Assembly: GCF_000526155.1 (NCBI RefSeq)
Contig: NZ_JAFN01000001.1
Coordinates: 112,824 to 144,823 of the forward strand
DNA: 32,000 bases
DNA from: Deferrisoma camini S3R1
GTDB taxonomy: Bacteria; Desulfobacterota; Deferrisomatia; Deferrisomatales; Deferrisomataceae
Reading direction: 5' to 3'
Under the pieces are notes generated by a model. The model was not told where the DNA came from. It searched no databases and saw only the letters and a program-made list of their open reading frames with translations. This document shows, piece after piece, positions 16,936 to 25,973 of this stretch; position 1 is the stretch's first letter, and the number at the start of each line of letters is the position of its first letter. The translations under genes were made by a program, and so were the position numbers.

Positions 16936-17214
16936 TCAGGCCGCCTGCTGGGTTTTCAGGGCCTGGACCTGCCGGGTCAGCCGCGAGATGTGGCGTGCGG
17001 CCTTGTTCCGATGGATCACACCCTTGATCACGGCCCGGTGGAGATAGGGCGCGGCCTTCTGGAGAGCGGCCTCGGCCTGCTCCACGTCACCGGCGGCCAC
17101 GGCCATGCGCACCGCCTTGATCAGGTTTCGGTAGCGGGTGCGAACCGCCTTGTTGCGGAGGCGGCGCTTCTCGTCCTGTTTGATCTTCTTGAGGGCAGAC
17201 TTGTGATTCGCCAC
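16936..17214 (-). CDS. rpsT: 30S ribosomal protein S20
   Basis: GTG 17214 is preceded by GGGAGGAGG. ANHKSALKKIKQDEKRRLRNKAVRTRYRNLIK is the canonical S20 N-terminus. 92 aa. The upstream part of track ORF 16936..17289 is not coding. Confidence 0.92.
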   Translation of the reverse strand: MANHKSALKKIKQDEKRRLRNKAVRTRYRNLIKAVRMAVAAGDVEQAEAALQKAAPYLHRAVIKGVIHRNKAARHISRLTRQVQALKTQQAA

Positions 17215-17292
17215 GGGGTCCTCCTCCCGTTTCTGTGCTGGTTTTCCAGGTCTTCGGGAAAACGGACTTCTACCACCCGGGGCCCGCACGAG

Positions 17293-18021
17293 TCAAGGGA
17301 GAAAGGGCGCAAAAGGGGTGGAGCAGGGGGGGCCGGGGGCGAACCAGAACCCTGCGAGCCGGCGATCCGGGGCCAGGTGGATCACGCTGGCCGAGGAGGT
17401 GCCGAACCGGGAGCCCGGCTCGGGGTGGATGCACAGGGGGGTGGCTTCGGGGCTGTCCCGGTCGTGATCCGCGAGGAACCGGAACATTCGGTCCGGACCG
17501 GGGTCGCCCTCCCGGGCCACCTCCTCCATCCGCCGCAGGCACCGCCGGGCCTTGGGATCGTCGGGGACCCGGAACCGGGCGTTGGTGATCACGTGACAGC
17601 CGGGGAGCAGCCGGTAGGTCTGGGTGCTCCCCGGCGCGTGGTCCACCACGTAGGCCCGCTCCGGGTCGGCGATGAGCAAGGTGTAGGCCTTGCACGCCGG
17701 GGCCACCCATTCGGCGAACCGCCGGGCCTCGTCCGCCGAGGCGTGGCGAAGGGTCTCCAGCACGACGGTGCCCCGGCTGCAGGCGCTGGGCCCCTTGGCC
17801 AGGGTGCCCTCGTGGTTGGCCAGGGTGACCAGCAGGCCCGCGTCCTGGTTCACCCCCAGCCAGGTGCCGCCGGCCACGCGGTCCCGGGGGCCCAGGATGC
17901 GGGGCGTGTCCACCAGCCGGGTAGGCGGGTCCCATGCCCGGTCCAGGTTCTCGTCGCGGTTTCCCGCGAACACCACCGGTTTGCCGTGAAACACCTGGTA
18001 CCAAAGGTGAAGGGTGCACAT
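17293..18021 (-). CDS. NRDE-family (TANGO2-like) protein
   Basis: N-terminal MC (Ntn-type Cys2), the GNRDEN motif and GGTWLGVN, all characteristic of the NRDE/DUF833 family. Confidence 0.8.
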   Translation of the reverse strand: MCTLHLWYQVFHGKPVVFAGNRDENLDRAWDPPTRLVDTPRILGPRDRVAGGTWLGVNQDAGLLVTLANHEGTLAKGPSACSRGTVVLETLRHASADEARRFAEWVAPACKAYTLLIADPERAYVVDHAPGSTQTYRLLPGCHVITNARFRVPDDPKARRCLRRMEEVAREGDPGPDRMFRFLADHDRDSPEATPLCIHPEPGSRFGTSSASVIHLAPDRRLAGFWFAPGPPCSTPFAPFLP

Positions 18022-18064
18022 GAAGCGACTCCGTGAAGGTTCGGTTGCTCGGGCTCCCCCCGCT

Positions 18065-19246
18065 TCAGCCGCTGCGAGCCGCCGGCGCGAGCCGGAGCCC
18101 CGAGCGCGAGAGCACCATTCCGGCCAAGAGCGTCACGCCGGCCGACACCCCGGCCGTGGCCCAGATGCCTCCCCAGGCCCAGACGGGCGCGCCGATCAGG
18201 GCCCCCACCATGCGGCCGAGCCCGAGCACCGCGAAGTACAGGCTCAGGAACGTCGCCCGGGCCCCCGGCGCCACCTCGGTGCAGACCGAGAACGAGGTGA
18301 CCACCGTGAACTCGAAGCACACGAACACGCCGTACAGGGCCCCCAGGGCCAGCGGCAGGGCCCGGACCGAGAGGGGGAGGGCCAGGTAGGCCGCGGCCGT
18401 GAGCGCGGTGCCCCAGCCCAGGGCCCGGGTGAGCCCGATGCGGTCCGACACGGCCGCGGTCAGCCCCTCGCCCGAGAGCTCGGCCAGCCCCACCACGGCC
18501 GTGGACGCGCCCAGCGCCGCCAACCCCAGGCCGAACCGGCTCTCCAGCAGGGCACCGTACACCACGAACAGGTTGTCGTTGGCCAGGCTCACGAGAAAGC
18601 CGAAGGCCAGGGCCGCCCGGGCACGGGGTTCACGCAGAACTCCCGCGGGGTTCCCCCGGCGGCCCGCACGGGAGGGGTCGGCGGCCGGCGGGAACGCCCA
18701 GGCGACCCCTGCGATGCCCAGCACCCCCAGCCCGGCCAGGAACCCGAACGCCTCGGGCCAGCCGGCCCGGTCCGCCACCCAGCCCACGACCGGGATCCCC
18801 ACCAGGGTGCTGCCGGCCCAGGCCGTCTCCACCAGCCCCACGGCCCGGCCCCTCGCCGGCAATGCCACCCGGGCCCCCACGTGGGCCTGCACGGCCGGGT
18901 CGAACACCGCCTTGCCCACGGACGCCATCAACACCCCCGCGAACACGGCCGTGTAGGTGTCGAGGACCCCCGCTGCCATGCCGGCCGCGGTCAACGCCAT
19001 GCCCGCCAGGAGCAGCACCCGCGGGCCCCTGCGGTCTGCCAACGGTCCGGCAACCGGCCCCAGCAGGGCCGCGAGCTGGGACGCCGCGATCATGGCGGTG
19101 ATCCCGGCCAGGGGCACGCCCAGGTGCCGGGCCAGGTCCGGGGCGAACGGGTAGGGCAGCCGCCGGGCCGTGTTGATCACGGTGCGGGCGGCCACGGCCG
19201 TGGCCAGCGATAGGACGAGGGAAGGGGGGCGCCGCTCGGTCTCCAT
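18065..19246 (-). CDS. MFS transporter
   Basis: 393 aa with about 12 hydrophobic segments. MFS loop 2-3 motif GPLADRRGPR. Confidence 0.8.
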   Translation of the reverse strand: METERRPPSLVLSLATAVAARTVINTARRLPYPFAPDLARHLGVPLAGITAMIAASQLAALLGPVAGPLADRRGPRVLLLAGMALTAAGMAAGVLDTYTAVFAGVLMASVGKAVFDPAVQAHVGARVALPARGRAVGLVETAWAGSTLVGIPVVGWVADRAGWPEAFGFLAGLGVLGIAGVAWAFPPAADPSRAGRRGNPAGVLREPRARAALAFGFLVSLANDNLFVVYGALLESRFGLGLAALGASTAVVGLAELSGEGLTAAVSDRIGLTRALGWGTALTAAAYLALPLSVRALPLALGALYGVFVCFEFTVVTSFSVCTEVAPGARATFLSLYFAVLGLGRMVGALIGAPVWAWGGIWATAGVSAGVTLLAGMVLSRSGLRLAPAARSG

Positions 19247-19309
19247 GGCGCCGCATTCTGCCTGGATCGCGAGGCCGACGCCAGGGGGCAGGGGCAGGGC
19301 CGTGGGCCG

Positions 19310-19807
19310 TCACGGGGCCCAGCGGGTGAACACGAAGTCGTGGCCTTGGACGTTCGACTGGTGGCAGGGGAAGCAGGTGACGTAGAGCTTCATGTCGTTC
19401 ACCGGCGTGCCGTCGGGGCGGAACCGGGCGAACCCCCAACCGCCGGTGTCGGCGAAGCGCTTCGAGTCCTTCTCCATGATCTCGATGCTCACCGGCCCCC
19501 CGGGCACGGTGGCGCCCTCCCACTCGACGCTCTGGACCGCCTTGTACACGAGCTTCACAATCTTCGAGCCGTCGGGAAAGGGGAGGGTACCGCTGCCGTA
19601 CGCCTCAAGCATCACAGGGTTGGCGAGCATCATCCGGATGTGGCCCTTGTCCGTGCGCAGGCTGGGGGCCACCGCCGTCCAGGTGCGGTAGTCCGGAGGC
19701 AGGCTCACTCCGGTCACGGCGGTGGGGGTGCCGGTGTCGGAGCCCCGAACGACATCCGGCCCCACGACCAACGACACAATCAGAGCGACGGTCCGGATCC
19801 ATCCCAT
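19310..19807 (-). CDS. Cytochrome P460-family haem protein
   Basis: Signal-like N-terminus. PPDYRTW, GGWGFARF and C-terminal CFPCH followed by DFVFT match the P460 / cytochrome c'-beta family. A Lys (K85, FPDGSKIVK) aligns with the cross-linking Lys as I recall it. SD AGGAGA upstream. Confidence 0.8.
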   Translation of the reverse strand: MGWIRTVALIVSLVVGPDVVRGSDTGTPTAVTGVSLPPDYRTWTAVAPSLRTDKGHIRMMLANPVMLEAYGSGTLPFPDGSKIVKLVYKAVQSVEWEGATVPGGPVSIEIMEKDSKRFADTGGWGFARFRPDGTPVNDMKLYVTCFPCHQSNVQGHDFVFTRWAP

Positions 19808-20120
19808 GGTTTTGTCTCCTGAAAACGCGACCGGGGGCGACCGCCCGCAGTCCCGTGTTGTGGAGAGGGCAACGCAGGAAACGCTATGGCCGTGAGCGTA
19901 CTCGCGGAAGACGCCGCGTCAATGGTGAGCCACGGCGACTCTCCCCCGGCCTTCTTCGGTCCGGGGAGGGGGATCGGGCCCCTTCACGCCTTTGGCTGTT
20001 CCAATCGGGAGGCGTTGGCAAGCGGCATCCCGTGGTTCCTCTGCCGGGGAGAAAAGGGGCTTGATCCCGCCGGGCCATACGCCGTTGGAGATCGTCCGGG
20101 CCTTCGGGGGGCGTGGGAGG

Positions 20121-20981
20121 TCACATGTTGCACAGCTCTTTTGCGTAGACGTCTCCATCCAGCACGATTTCGGTGATCTCGCCCGTGGGTTGCTGCACGT
20201 AGACCTGTGCCGTGCCCTGGTACCCGTCCGAGGTCTGGTAGTAGATCGTTTGGCCTTGCACGGAGTAGGTGCCCGAGTCCTGGGCCCCTCCGCCGTAAAA
20301 CGTGCCGGCGGACCCGGACGAGTACGTCTCCCCGCCCAGGCTCCACCGGCCCTGGCCGTCGAAAGAGATGGACGTCATCTGGCCATACGTGCCCCCGATG
20401 CTCGATCCGGAAAAGTGGCAGAACGTGCCGTAGAGGAGGGCCGTGTCCGCTCCGCCAGGTTGCACACCGGTACCCCCCGAGGATTGCCCGGACCCGCCTT
20501 CGTTCCGCTGACACGAAAAGGTCGATCCGTCCGAATAACGGAACACGAGGGTGGTGTCCGTAAGGGTGTCCACCTGGTACGTGCCTTGCCCACCGCTGCC
20601 GCTCACGACCAACTGCCCGCCCCCGGTCAACTGATAGTTCCACGTGCCCTGCGCGGTCTGGAACAGCCCGTCCGCCGTGAAGGTGAGGCTCCCCTGCCCG
20701 GCAGGCGTTCCGTCGTAGGCGGTCATCTGGCACGTCCACGTGCCCACGATGGAGGCCGGGCCGCCGCCCCCTCCCCCTGACGTCCCGCCGCTTCCGGTTT
20801 CGGTGCTTCCCCCATCCCCCCCGGATTGATCGCCCGAGGCCAGCGCCCCGCCGGAACCGCTTCCGCCGGTGTCCCCCGCGCCGCCCCCCCCACCCCCTCC
20901 ACCGCCGCAGGCTGCGCCCCCCAGGACCAGCAGCCCGCCCACAGCACAGATCGTCAGAAGAGAGATCAGCCTCCCGTTCAT
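20121..20981 (-). CDS. Probable lipoprotein with a long Gly/Ser linker and two lipocalin-like beta domains (last gene of the operon)
   Basis: ATG 20981 is preceded by GAGGAGGTG. Signal plus Cys (LLVLGGAAC) is followed by about 60 aa of G/S/D-rich linker. GTWTCQ...GTWNYQL...LVFRY resembles short lipocalin-like domains. Confidence 0.7.
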   Translation of the reverse strand: MNGRLISLLTICAVGGLLVLGGAACGGGGGGGGGAGDTGGSGSGGALASGDQSGGDGGSTETGSGGTSGGGGGGPASIVGTWTCQMTAYDGTPAGQGSLTFTADGLFQTAQGTWNYQLTGGGQLVVSGSGGQGTYQVDTLTDTTLVFRYSDGSTFSCQRNEGGSGQSSGGTGVQPGGADTALLYGTFCHFSGSSIGGTYGQMTSISFDGQGRWSLGGETYSSGSAGTFYGGGAQDSGTYSVQGQTIYYQTSDGYQGTAQVYVQQPTGEITEIVLDGDVYAKELCNM

Positions 20982-21001
20982 CTCGCACCTCCTCTTGTTG
21001 A

Positions 21002-24000
21002 TCATCGTGGGGTGAAGCGGAACATGAGATCTCCCTTGCTCTGTTGGAGAATGCCGTAGAGCGGCCCCAGGGCCCGGGTGATGGAGACGAAGTTGCCCGC
21101 GCCGTCCGAGATGCCCGAACCGCGGTCCTCGATGCCGGTTCCGTCAAGGCGGACGTAGATGAACGCGATGGTTCCATCGGGGTAGAGGCGGGCACCGAAC
21201 GTGTTGAAGTCGCTGTCCGCTCCCTCCTGGGCCTTGGTCTCCACGTCCACCCACCACACCGCCACGTAGGCGTTCGAGCCTTCCTGGTGCACGCGCACCT
21301 CCCCGGCGTTGTACGCGGAGAAGTCCCCGTTCTCCACCGCGATGGCCGGCCCGGTGCTTTCGAGGTCGAACCCCGGCCCCGGCGGGCTGCTCCGGTCGCC
21401 GAGCCAGATGTTCCCGTTGTCGTCCACGGTGATCCGGGTGTACCCCGTTCCGAAGAACGGAAACGTCCAGGGCAGATCGTAGGTCACGGTGCATTCGTCG
21501 CAGGACGAAAGGCTCTCAACCACGGGAGCGGACTCGTCCCCCGCAGGGGCGGTGCTGCCGGTCACCGAGTAGGCCGGTTGGGCCGAGTCGTCCATGGCGG
21601 TGCCGGCCATGGTCTCTTCCCAGTCCCCCACTCCGTCCCGGTCGGTGTCGTCCCGGTAGGAGTTGGTGCCCGTGTCCCCATGGTGCCGGTACGCTCCCGT
21701 GCCGGTCTCGCGGAGGTCTGCCAATCCGTCTCCGTCGTAATCCGTGTCGTGGTCCGGGTAGATCCACAGGCCCGAGCGGCTGGATCCGGCCTCGGGCCCC
21801 ACCACGGCGAGTTCGCCCCCGGCGCCGGGCAGGACGTGGCGGGGGGTGAGGCCCGTGCCGAGCCCGGACCAGGTCTGGCCCGAGTCGGTGCTCGTGAACA
21901 CGTCGGACCCGCCGGCCAGGTAGAGATCCCCGGACTCGGTCACGGCCAAGTCGTGTACGTACTCCTCGGCCGAAACGTCGGTCCACGTGCCCCCGCCGTC
22001 CTCGGTGTAGAACACCTGCCAGCACCCGCTCGCATACACCCGGTCCGCGTCCAGGCCCACCACGTGGAAGGTGGACGTCTGGGCGCACGAATCCCTTCCG
22101 GGCGGGCTCACGTCCTGCCACGTGTCGCCGCCGTCGGCGCTCTTGAGGACTTTCCAGTTGCCCCCACCCGCCTCGATGGCGTAGACCGCGGACCCGGATC
22201 CCCACAGGTCGTAGATCCGGGTGCTGGTGCTCCCCTGGTAGACCACCGCCCAGGTCTGGCCGCCGTCGGCGCTCCGGGCGATCATGGCGGGGTAGTACCA
22301 CGAGTACCAGTTATAACGCCCCCCCACGAACACCGTGGTTCCGTCGGGGGTCCACACGCACTCGAGCAGCCCGTTGTTCACCGAAACCGGAAGCTGGGCC
22401 CAACTTGCGCCCCCGTCCGTGGTTTTCTCGACCTGCCCCGCGTAAACGGCCACGTACACGGTCTGGCCCGCGCCCCACACGTCCATGGCGTGGCCGTCGA
22501 TCTCGTGGGCGCTCCACGTCATCCCCCGGTCGGTGGTGTGGAGCGCGGCCGTGGGCCAATCGTACGTGGCCGGGCCCCACCCGCCGACCAGGTAGAGGTC
22601 GTCCAGGCCGGTGCCCCACACGGCCCAAGCCTTGTGGCCGGGCGACAGCGGTCGGTACCCGAAGCCGGGGCTTGGCGGCGAGACGGCGATCGGGACGGCC
22701 ACCTGCACCGTGGAATCGGCGTTGCTCGTGGCGACGAGATTCACGACGCAGTCCTGCCCCGGGCTGCCGGCCGTGTACGTGCCCGTGGCCTCGTCGAACG
22801 CCCCGATCTCTCCCCCGCAGTCGCCGTCCGCGTCGGTCAACTCCCAGGTGACCGAGGTGTCCAAGGTCCCGGCAACCTCGGCGGTGAACACCTGCTCGGT
22901 GCCTCCCGGCCGGGCGGCCGCATCCGGAGTGATGGAAACCCTCACGGGAACGTCGATCAGGATCGTAACGCTCCTCGAAACGGTGGGGTCGGCGTTGCTC
23001 GTGGCGGTGAGCACCACGTCGCAGTCTAAGTCGGGCTCCCCGGCCGTATACGCGCCCGTGGCCTCGTCGAACGCCCCGATCTCCCCCCCGCAGTCGCCGT
23101 CCGCGTCGGTCAACTCCCAGGTCACCGAACGGTCCAACGCGTTCCACACCGTGGCGGAAAACGCCCGTTGCTCACCGGGAGAGAGGGTGAGCGGGGTAGC
23201 ACCGGGGATCAGCCGCATGGAAACGGGCAGTCCCGCGCGCTCCAAGGCCGCGGCCCGCACCTCTTCGTCCCCCCGGTCCGCCCCGAACACGTACGGGCCG
23301 AGCACGGCCAGGCCGTCGCCGTCGTTGGAACCCAGGCTCGCCGCGGCGGTCCATTCGGCGGTGTCCGGATCCAGCAGGAACACCTCCTGGCCGGTGGCGG
23401 CCGCGATCTTTCCGGATGCGGCATCCCAGCCGAGGCCTCCGAACGAGGGGTCGTACGCGGCATAGTCCAGGGTCTGGGTCACCTGCCCCGTCTGGGGATC
23501 GATCCGGAAGATCGCGTCCTGCCCCGGGTCGGAGACCCACACGTGGCTTCCGTCCCAGGCCAGGCCGTCGGCCCACTGCACCCCCTGGGCCGTCAGGTCC
23601 AGCGCTTCCAACTGCTGGCCCGTTGTGGTCAGGCGGTACAACCATCCGGATGCCGTTCCCACCCACAGGTAGGGGCCGCCCGCGGTGTCCGGGTCGTACG
23701 CCAACCCCCTCGGTATCCCGTCCAGCCCGCTCAGCCGGAAGCACTCCTGCACGTTGCCGTGCACGTCCACCCGGAACACGGTGCCGTCGTCGTCCAGAAT
23801 CCACAGATCGGACACACCATCGCTGGCCATGCCCACGGGGTCACGCGCGTCCGCGTCGGTGCACAGGTCCGGGTTCGAGACCGAGGGAAAGTTGTTCGTG
23901 TCGAACCACCCGTCGAACAGCACGATCTGGGCCGTGGCGGACACGGACGGGTCGGTTGCCAGGCGCGCAGTCAGGCTGGCCTGGTCTCCGTCCCACGGGA

Positions 24001-25099
24001 CGCTGTCCGGCGCCGTGTACAGGCCGGATCCGTCCACCGCGCCCGGATCCCCTTCGCCCAGGAGCCACTCCACCGCGCCCGAAGGGTCTCCCTGAACGGT
24101 TGCCGAAAACTGCCTGGACGTGCCCTCGAGCACCACTGCCAGCTCCGGCTCCACCGTGATCCCGGCGGGAACGTCCACCGTCACCACGGCCTCGGCCCAG
24201 GCCGCCCCGTCCGCCTGGCTCGTGGCCCGCACCTCCACGTCGCAGTCCTCCGCCGGGTTGCCCGCCGTGTACGCGCCGTCGGCCGACACCGTCCCGGTCT
24301 CCCCCCCGCAGTCGCCGTCCGCGTCCAACACGCTCCAGCTCACCGCCCGGTTCTCGTCCCCCGTGACCGCGGCCTCAAACGCCTGGGTGCCTCCGGCCGG
24401 CACGGTGGCCTGGGCAGGCGTTACGCTCACCTGCACCGGGGCGGCAGCCCCGGAGGGCTGCACCGTGACCACCGCTTCCCCCCGCACGGACGGGTCGACC
24501 GCGCTTGTCGCAACGACCCGCACCTGGCACTCCTCTGAAGGGTTTCCGGGGGTGTAGGTTCCGTCCGCCGACACCGATCCCGCCTCCGGCCCGCAGCTCA
24601 CGTCCTCCAGGGCCCAGGTCACCGCGGAGTCCGGCAGGGCCTCCACCTCGGCCGTGAACGAAGCCGTGCCCCCGGCCTCCACGGTGGGCACCGGGGGGGC
24701 CACCGTGACCGAGGCCAGATCCTCCAGGGGAATGCGCACCGAGACCCTGGAACCTGCATACAGGTACTCCACCACCGTTGTCCCCCGCATCCGGAGGATC
24801 TCACCGGCGAACACCTCGGCCGAGAAGGTCCGGTCCGGTCCGGCCTGGACCGTGAGCACCACCGGCGTGCCGTCCAGGGGCACCTCGGCCGACACGGGGT
24901 CCATCCCTTCGGCCGCGCAGGTCACGGTGATCCGGGTGATGCCCGCCGGGAGCCCGGCAACCGCCCCGGCGGCCCGCGGTGCGCTGCGGGCGTGCAGGGA
25001 AACCACCACCCGCGCGGTGCCGTCGCCCGGGCCTGCGCCGCACCCGGCCAGGCCCAGCAACCCCGCTGCTGCGGCTGCGAGTCGGCGCCAGCGCCTCAT
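21002..25099 (-). CDS. 1365-aa mosaic lipoprotein: N-terminal beta domain, 3 Big_2-like, NHL-like propeller, 2 Big_2-like, BNR/Asp-box propeller, TSP3-like Ca sites, unknown C-terminal domain
   Basis: Canonical lipobox LLGLAGC (Cys20). Ig-like repeats at about aa 128-395 and 628-806. Propeller-like repeats at aa 420-615. Six S/T-x-D-x-G-x-T/S-W Asp-boxes: TTDRGMTW, TTDGGASW, SADGGQTW, SADGGDTW, TEDGGGTW, STDSGQTW. DTDYDGDGLAD and DTDRDGVGD calcium-type motifs. SD GGAGGTG upstream. Confidence 0.85.
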   Translation of the reverse strand: MRRWRRLAAAAAGLLGLAGCGAGPGDGTARVVVSLHARSAPRAAGAVAGLPAGITRITVTCAAEGMDPVSAEVPLDGTPVVLTVQAGPDRTFSAEVFAGEILRMRGTTVVEYLYAGSRVSVRIPLEDLASVTVAPPVPTVEAGGTASFTAEVEALPDSAVTWALEDVSCGPEAGSVSADGTYTPGNPSEECQVRVVATSAVDPSVRGEAVVTVQPSGAAAPVQVSVTPAQATVPAGGTQAFEAAVTGDENRAVSWSVLDADGDCGGETGTVSADGAYTAGNPAEDCDVEVRATSQADGAAWAEAVVTVDVPAGITVEPELAVVLEGTSRQFSATVQGDPSGAVEWLLGEGDPGAVDGSGLYTAPDSVPWDGDQASLTARLATDPSVSATAQIVLFDGWFDTNNFPSVSNPDLCTDADARDPVGMASDGVSDLWILDDDGTVFRVDVHGNVQECFRLSGLDGIPRGLAYDPDTAGGPYLWVGTASGWLYRLTTTGQQLEALDLTAQGVQWADGLAWDGSHVWVSDPGQDAIFRIDPQTGQVTQTLDYAAYDPSFGGLGWDAASGKIAAATGQEVFLLDPDTAEWTAAASLGSNDGDGLAVLGPYVFGADRGDEEVRAAALERAGLPVSMRLIPGATPLTLSPGEQRAFSATVWNALDRSVTWELTDADGDCGGEIGAFDEATGAYTAGEPDLDCDVVLTATSNADPTVSRSVTILIDVPVRVSITPDAAARPGGTEQVFTAEVAGTLDTSVTWELTDADGDCGGEIGAFDEATGTYTAGSPGQDCVVNLVATSNADSTVQVAVPIAVSPPSPGFGYRPLSPGHKAWAVWGTGLDDLYLVGGWGPATYDWPTAALHTTDRGMTWSAHEIDGHAMDVWGAGQTVYVAVYAGQVEKTTDGGASWAQLPVSVNNGLLECVWTPDGTTVFVGGRYNWYSWYYPAMIARSADGGQTWAVVYQGSTSTRIYDLWGSGSAVYAIEAGGGNWKVLKSADGGDTWQDVSPPGRDSCAQTSTFHVVGLDADRVYASGCWQVFYTEDGGGTWTDVSAEEYVHDLAVTESGDLYLAGGSDVFTSTDSGQTWSGLGTGLTPRHVLPGAGGELAVVGPEAGSSRSGLWIYPDHDTDYDGDGLADLRETGTGAYRHHGDTGTNSYRDDTDRDGVGDWEETMAGTAMDDSAQPAYSVTGSTAPAGDESAPVVESLSSCDECTVTYDLPWTFPFFGTGYTRITVDDNGNIWLGDRSSPPGPGFDLESTGPAIAVENGDFSAYNAGEVRVHQEGSNAYVAVWWVDVETKAQEGADSDFNTFGARLYPDGTIAFIYVRLDGTGIEDRGSGISDGAGNFVSITRALGPLYGILQQSKGDLMFRFTPR
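22766..23125 (-). repeat. Intragenic tandem duplication of one Ig-like domain (91-codon period) with near-identical 87-nt cores
   Basis: The cores at 23039-23125 and 22766-22852 encode VTWELTDADGDCGGEIGAFDEATG(A/T)YTAG. They differ at only a few bases and are offset by exactly 273 nt. Confidence 0.85.
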
Positions 25100-25118
25100 G
25101 GTCCACCTCCGGAACTCG

Positions 25119-25973
25119 TCACTGGATGGGGTTTTTCTTCCCGCCTCCCGGCCCGGGGACCGGCAGCGGTCCGGGAGGCGCCCCGGTCGCGCCGGGAGGC
25201 AGCGGTTCGACCGACGGGCCCGTCGCCGGCAACCGGAGACCGGTGCCGGTTTCCATGGTCTCGCCTTCCCGGGAACGCCCCGGCGAAGGGAGTCTCTCGA
25301 TCCTCCCCACCCACACCGGCCCCGCGCGCGCCGGCCCCACCACGAACGAGAACCAGGCCCCGTCCACCGGGTCGGCGCCCGGGATCTCGGGAAACCGGAA
25401 CCGGATCCGCCCGTCGGAGTGCTCCTCGAATTCGGTCACCTCGAACTCCCGGCCGTCCTCCAACTCCACCTGCACCCGCCCCGCGCACCCAAACCCCTCT
25501 CCCTCCAGCACGATCCGCTCCCCGCCGCGGAACCCTTGGGCCAAGCCTATCGGGTCTGTTGCGCGAATCTCGGGGTTGGCCCGGTCCACCTGGAGGAAGG
25601 ACACCACCCGGCCCTGCTCCACCGTGACGTCCCAATAGGCCGGGACGTACCCGGCCGGCGATCCGCACGGCGCGATCCGCCAAGCCCCTTCGGGCAGGAC
25701 CACCCGGTACCGGCCCGCCTTGTCGGCCTGAACCTCGCGGTACCCGCCCCCGCCGGCCGGCCGGCCCGGGCGCCAGACCCGCACGGTGACCCCGGCGGCA
25801 GGGCTACCGTCCGCCTGCCGAACCGTGCCCGAAACCCACACCCCGCTCTCCTGTGCGCCGCCCGATCCGTTCCCCCCGATCCCGATGGCCCGTAGCCCCG
25901 GAACCGCGGCCTGGGCGCTCCAGACCGCTAACACGAACATTCCCGTCAGCACCGAACCGCACCGGCGGATCAT
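25119..25973 (-). CDS. Secreted protein with CarboxypepD_reg-like and IPT/TIG-like beta domains and a Pro-rich tail
   Basis: ATG 25973 overlaps the upstream stop (ATGA) and is preceded by GGAGGA. Signal peptide MIRRCGSVLTGMFVLAVWSAQA. VSGTVRQADGSPAAGVTVRVW...ADKAGRYRVVLPEG is CarboxypepD_reg-like. ERIVLEGEGFG...RFRFPEIP is IPT/TIG-like. The upstream part of track ORF 25119..26495 is a shadow. Confidence 0.7.
   Translation of the reverse strand: MIRRCGSVLTGMFVLAVWSAQAAVPGLRAIGIGGNGSGGAQESGVWVSGTVRQADGSPAAGVTVRVWRPGRPAGGGGYREVQADKAGRYRVVLPEGAWRIAPCGSPAGYVPAYWDVTVEQGRVVSFLQVDRANPEIRATDPIGLAQGFRGGERIVLEGEGFGCAGRVQVELEDGREFEVTEFEEHSDGRIRFRFPEIPGADPVDGAWFSFVVGPARAGPVWVGRIERLPSPGRSREGETMETGTGLRLPATGPSVEPLPPGATGAPPGPLPVPGPGGGKKNPIQ

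Noticed and set aside
16171-18036. 621-aa plus-strand ORF across the hypothetical gene, rpsT and the NRDE gene.
   Set aside because: It runs antisense to rpsT and to the NRDE-family gene, both of which have canonical motifs and an RBS. Its composition is typical of a shadow frame.
19808-20120. Small ORFs and possible RNA elements in the 313-bp gap downstream of the operon and upstream of the P460 gene.
   Set aside because: The track ORFs here (19855..20064 +, 19884..20078 -, 19886..20176 +, 19919..20158 -) are mutually overlapping with shadow-like composition. I found no tRNA-like, riboswitch-like or clean terminator structure by eye.
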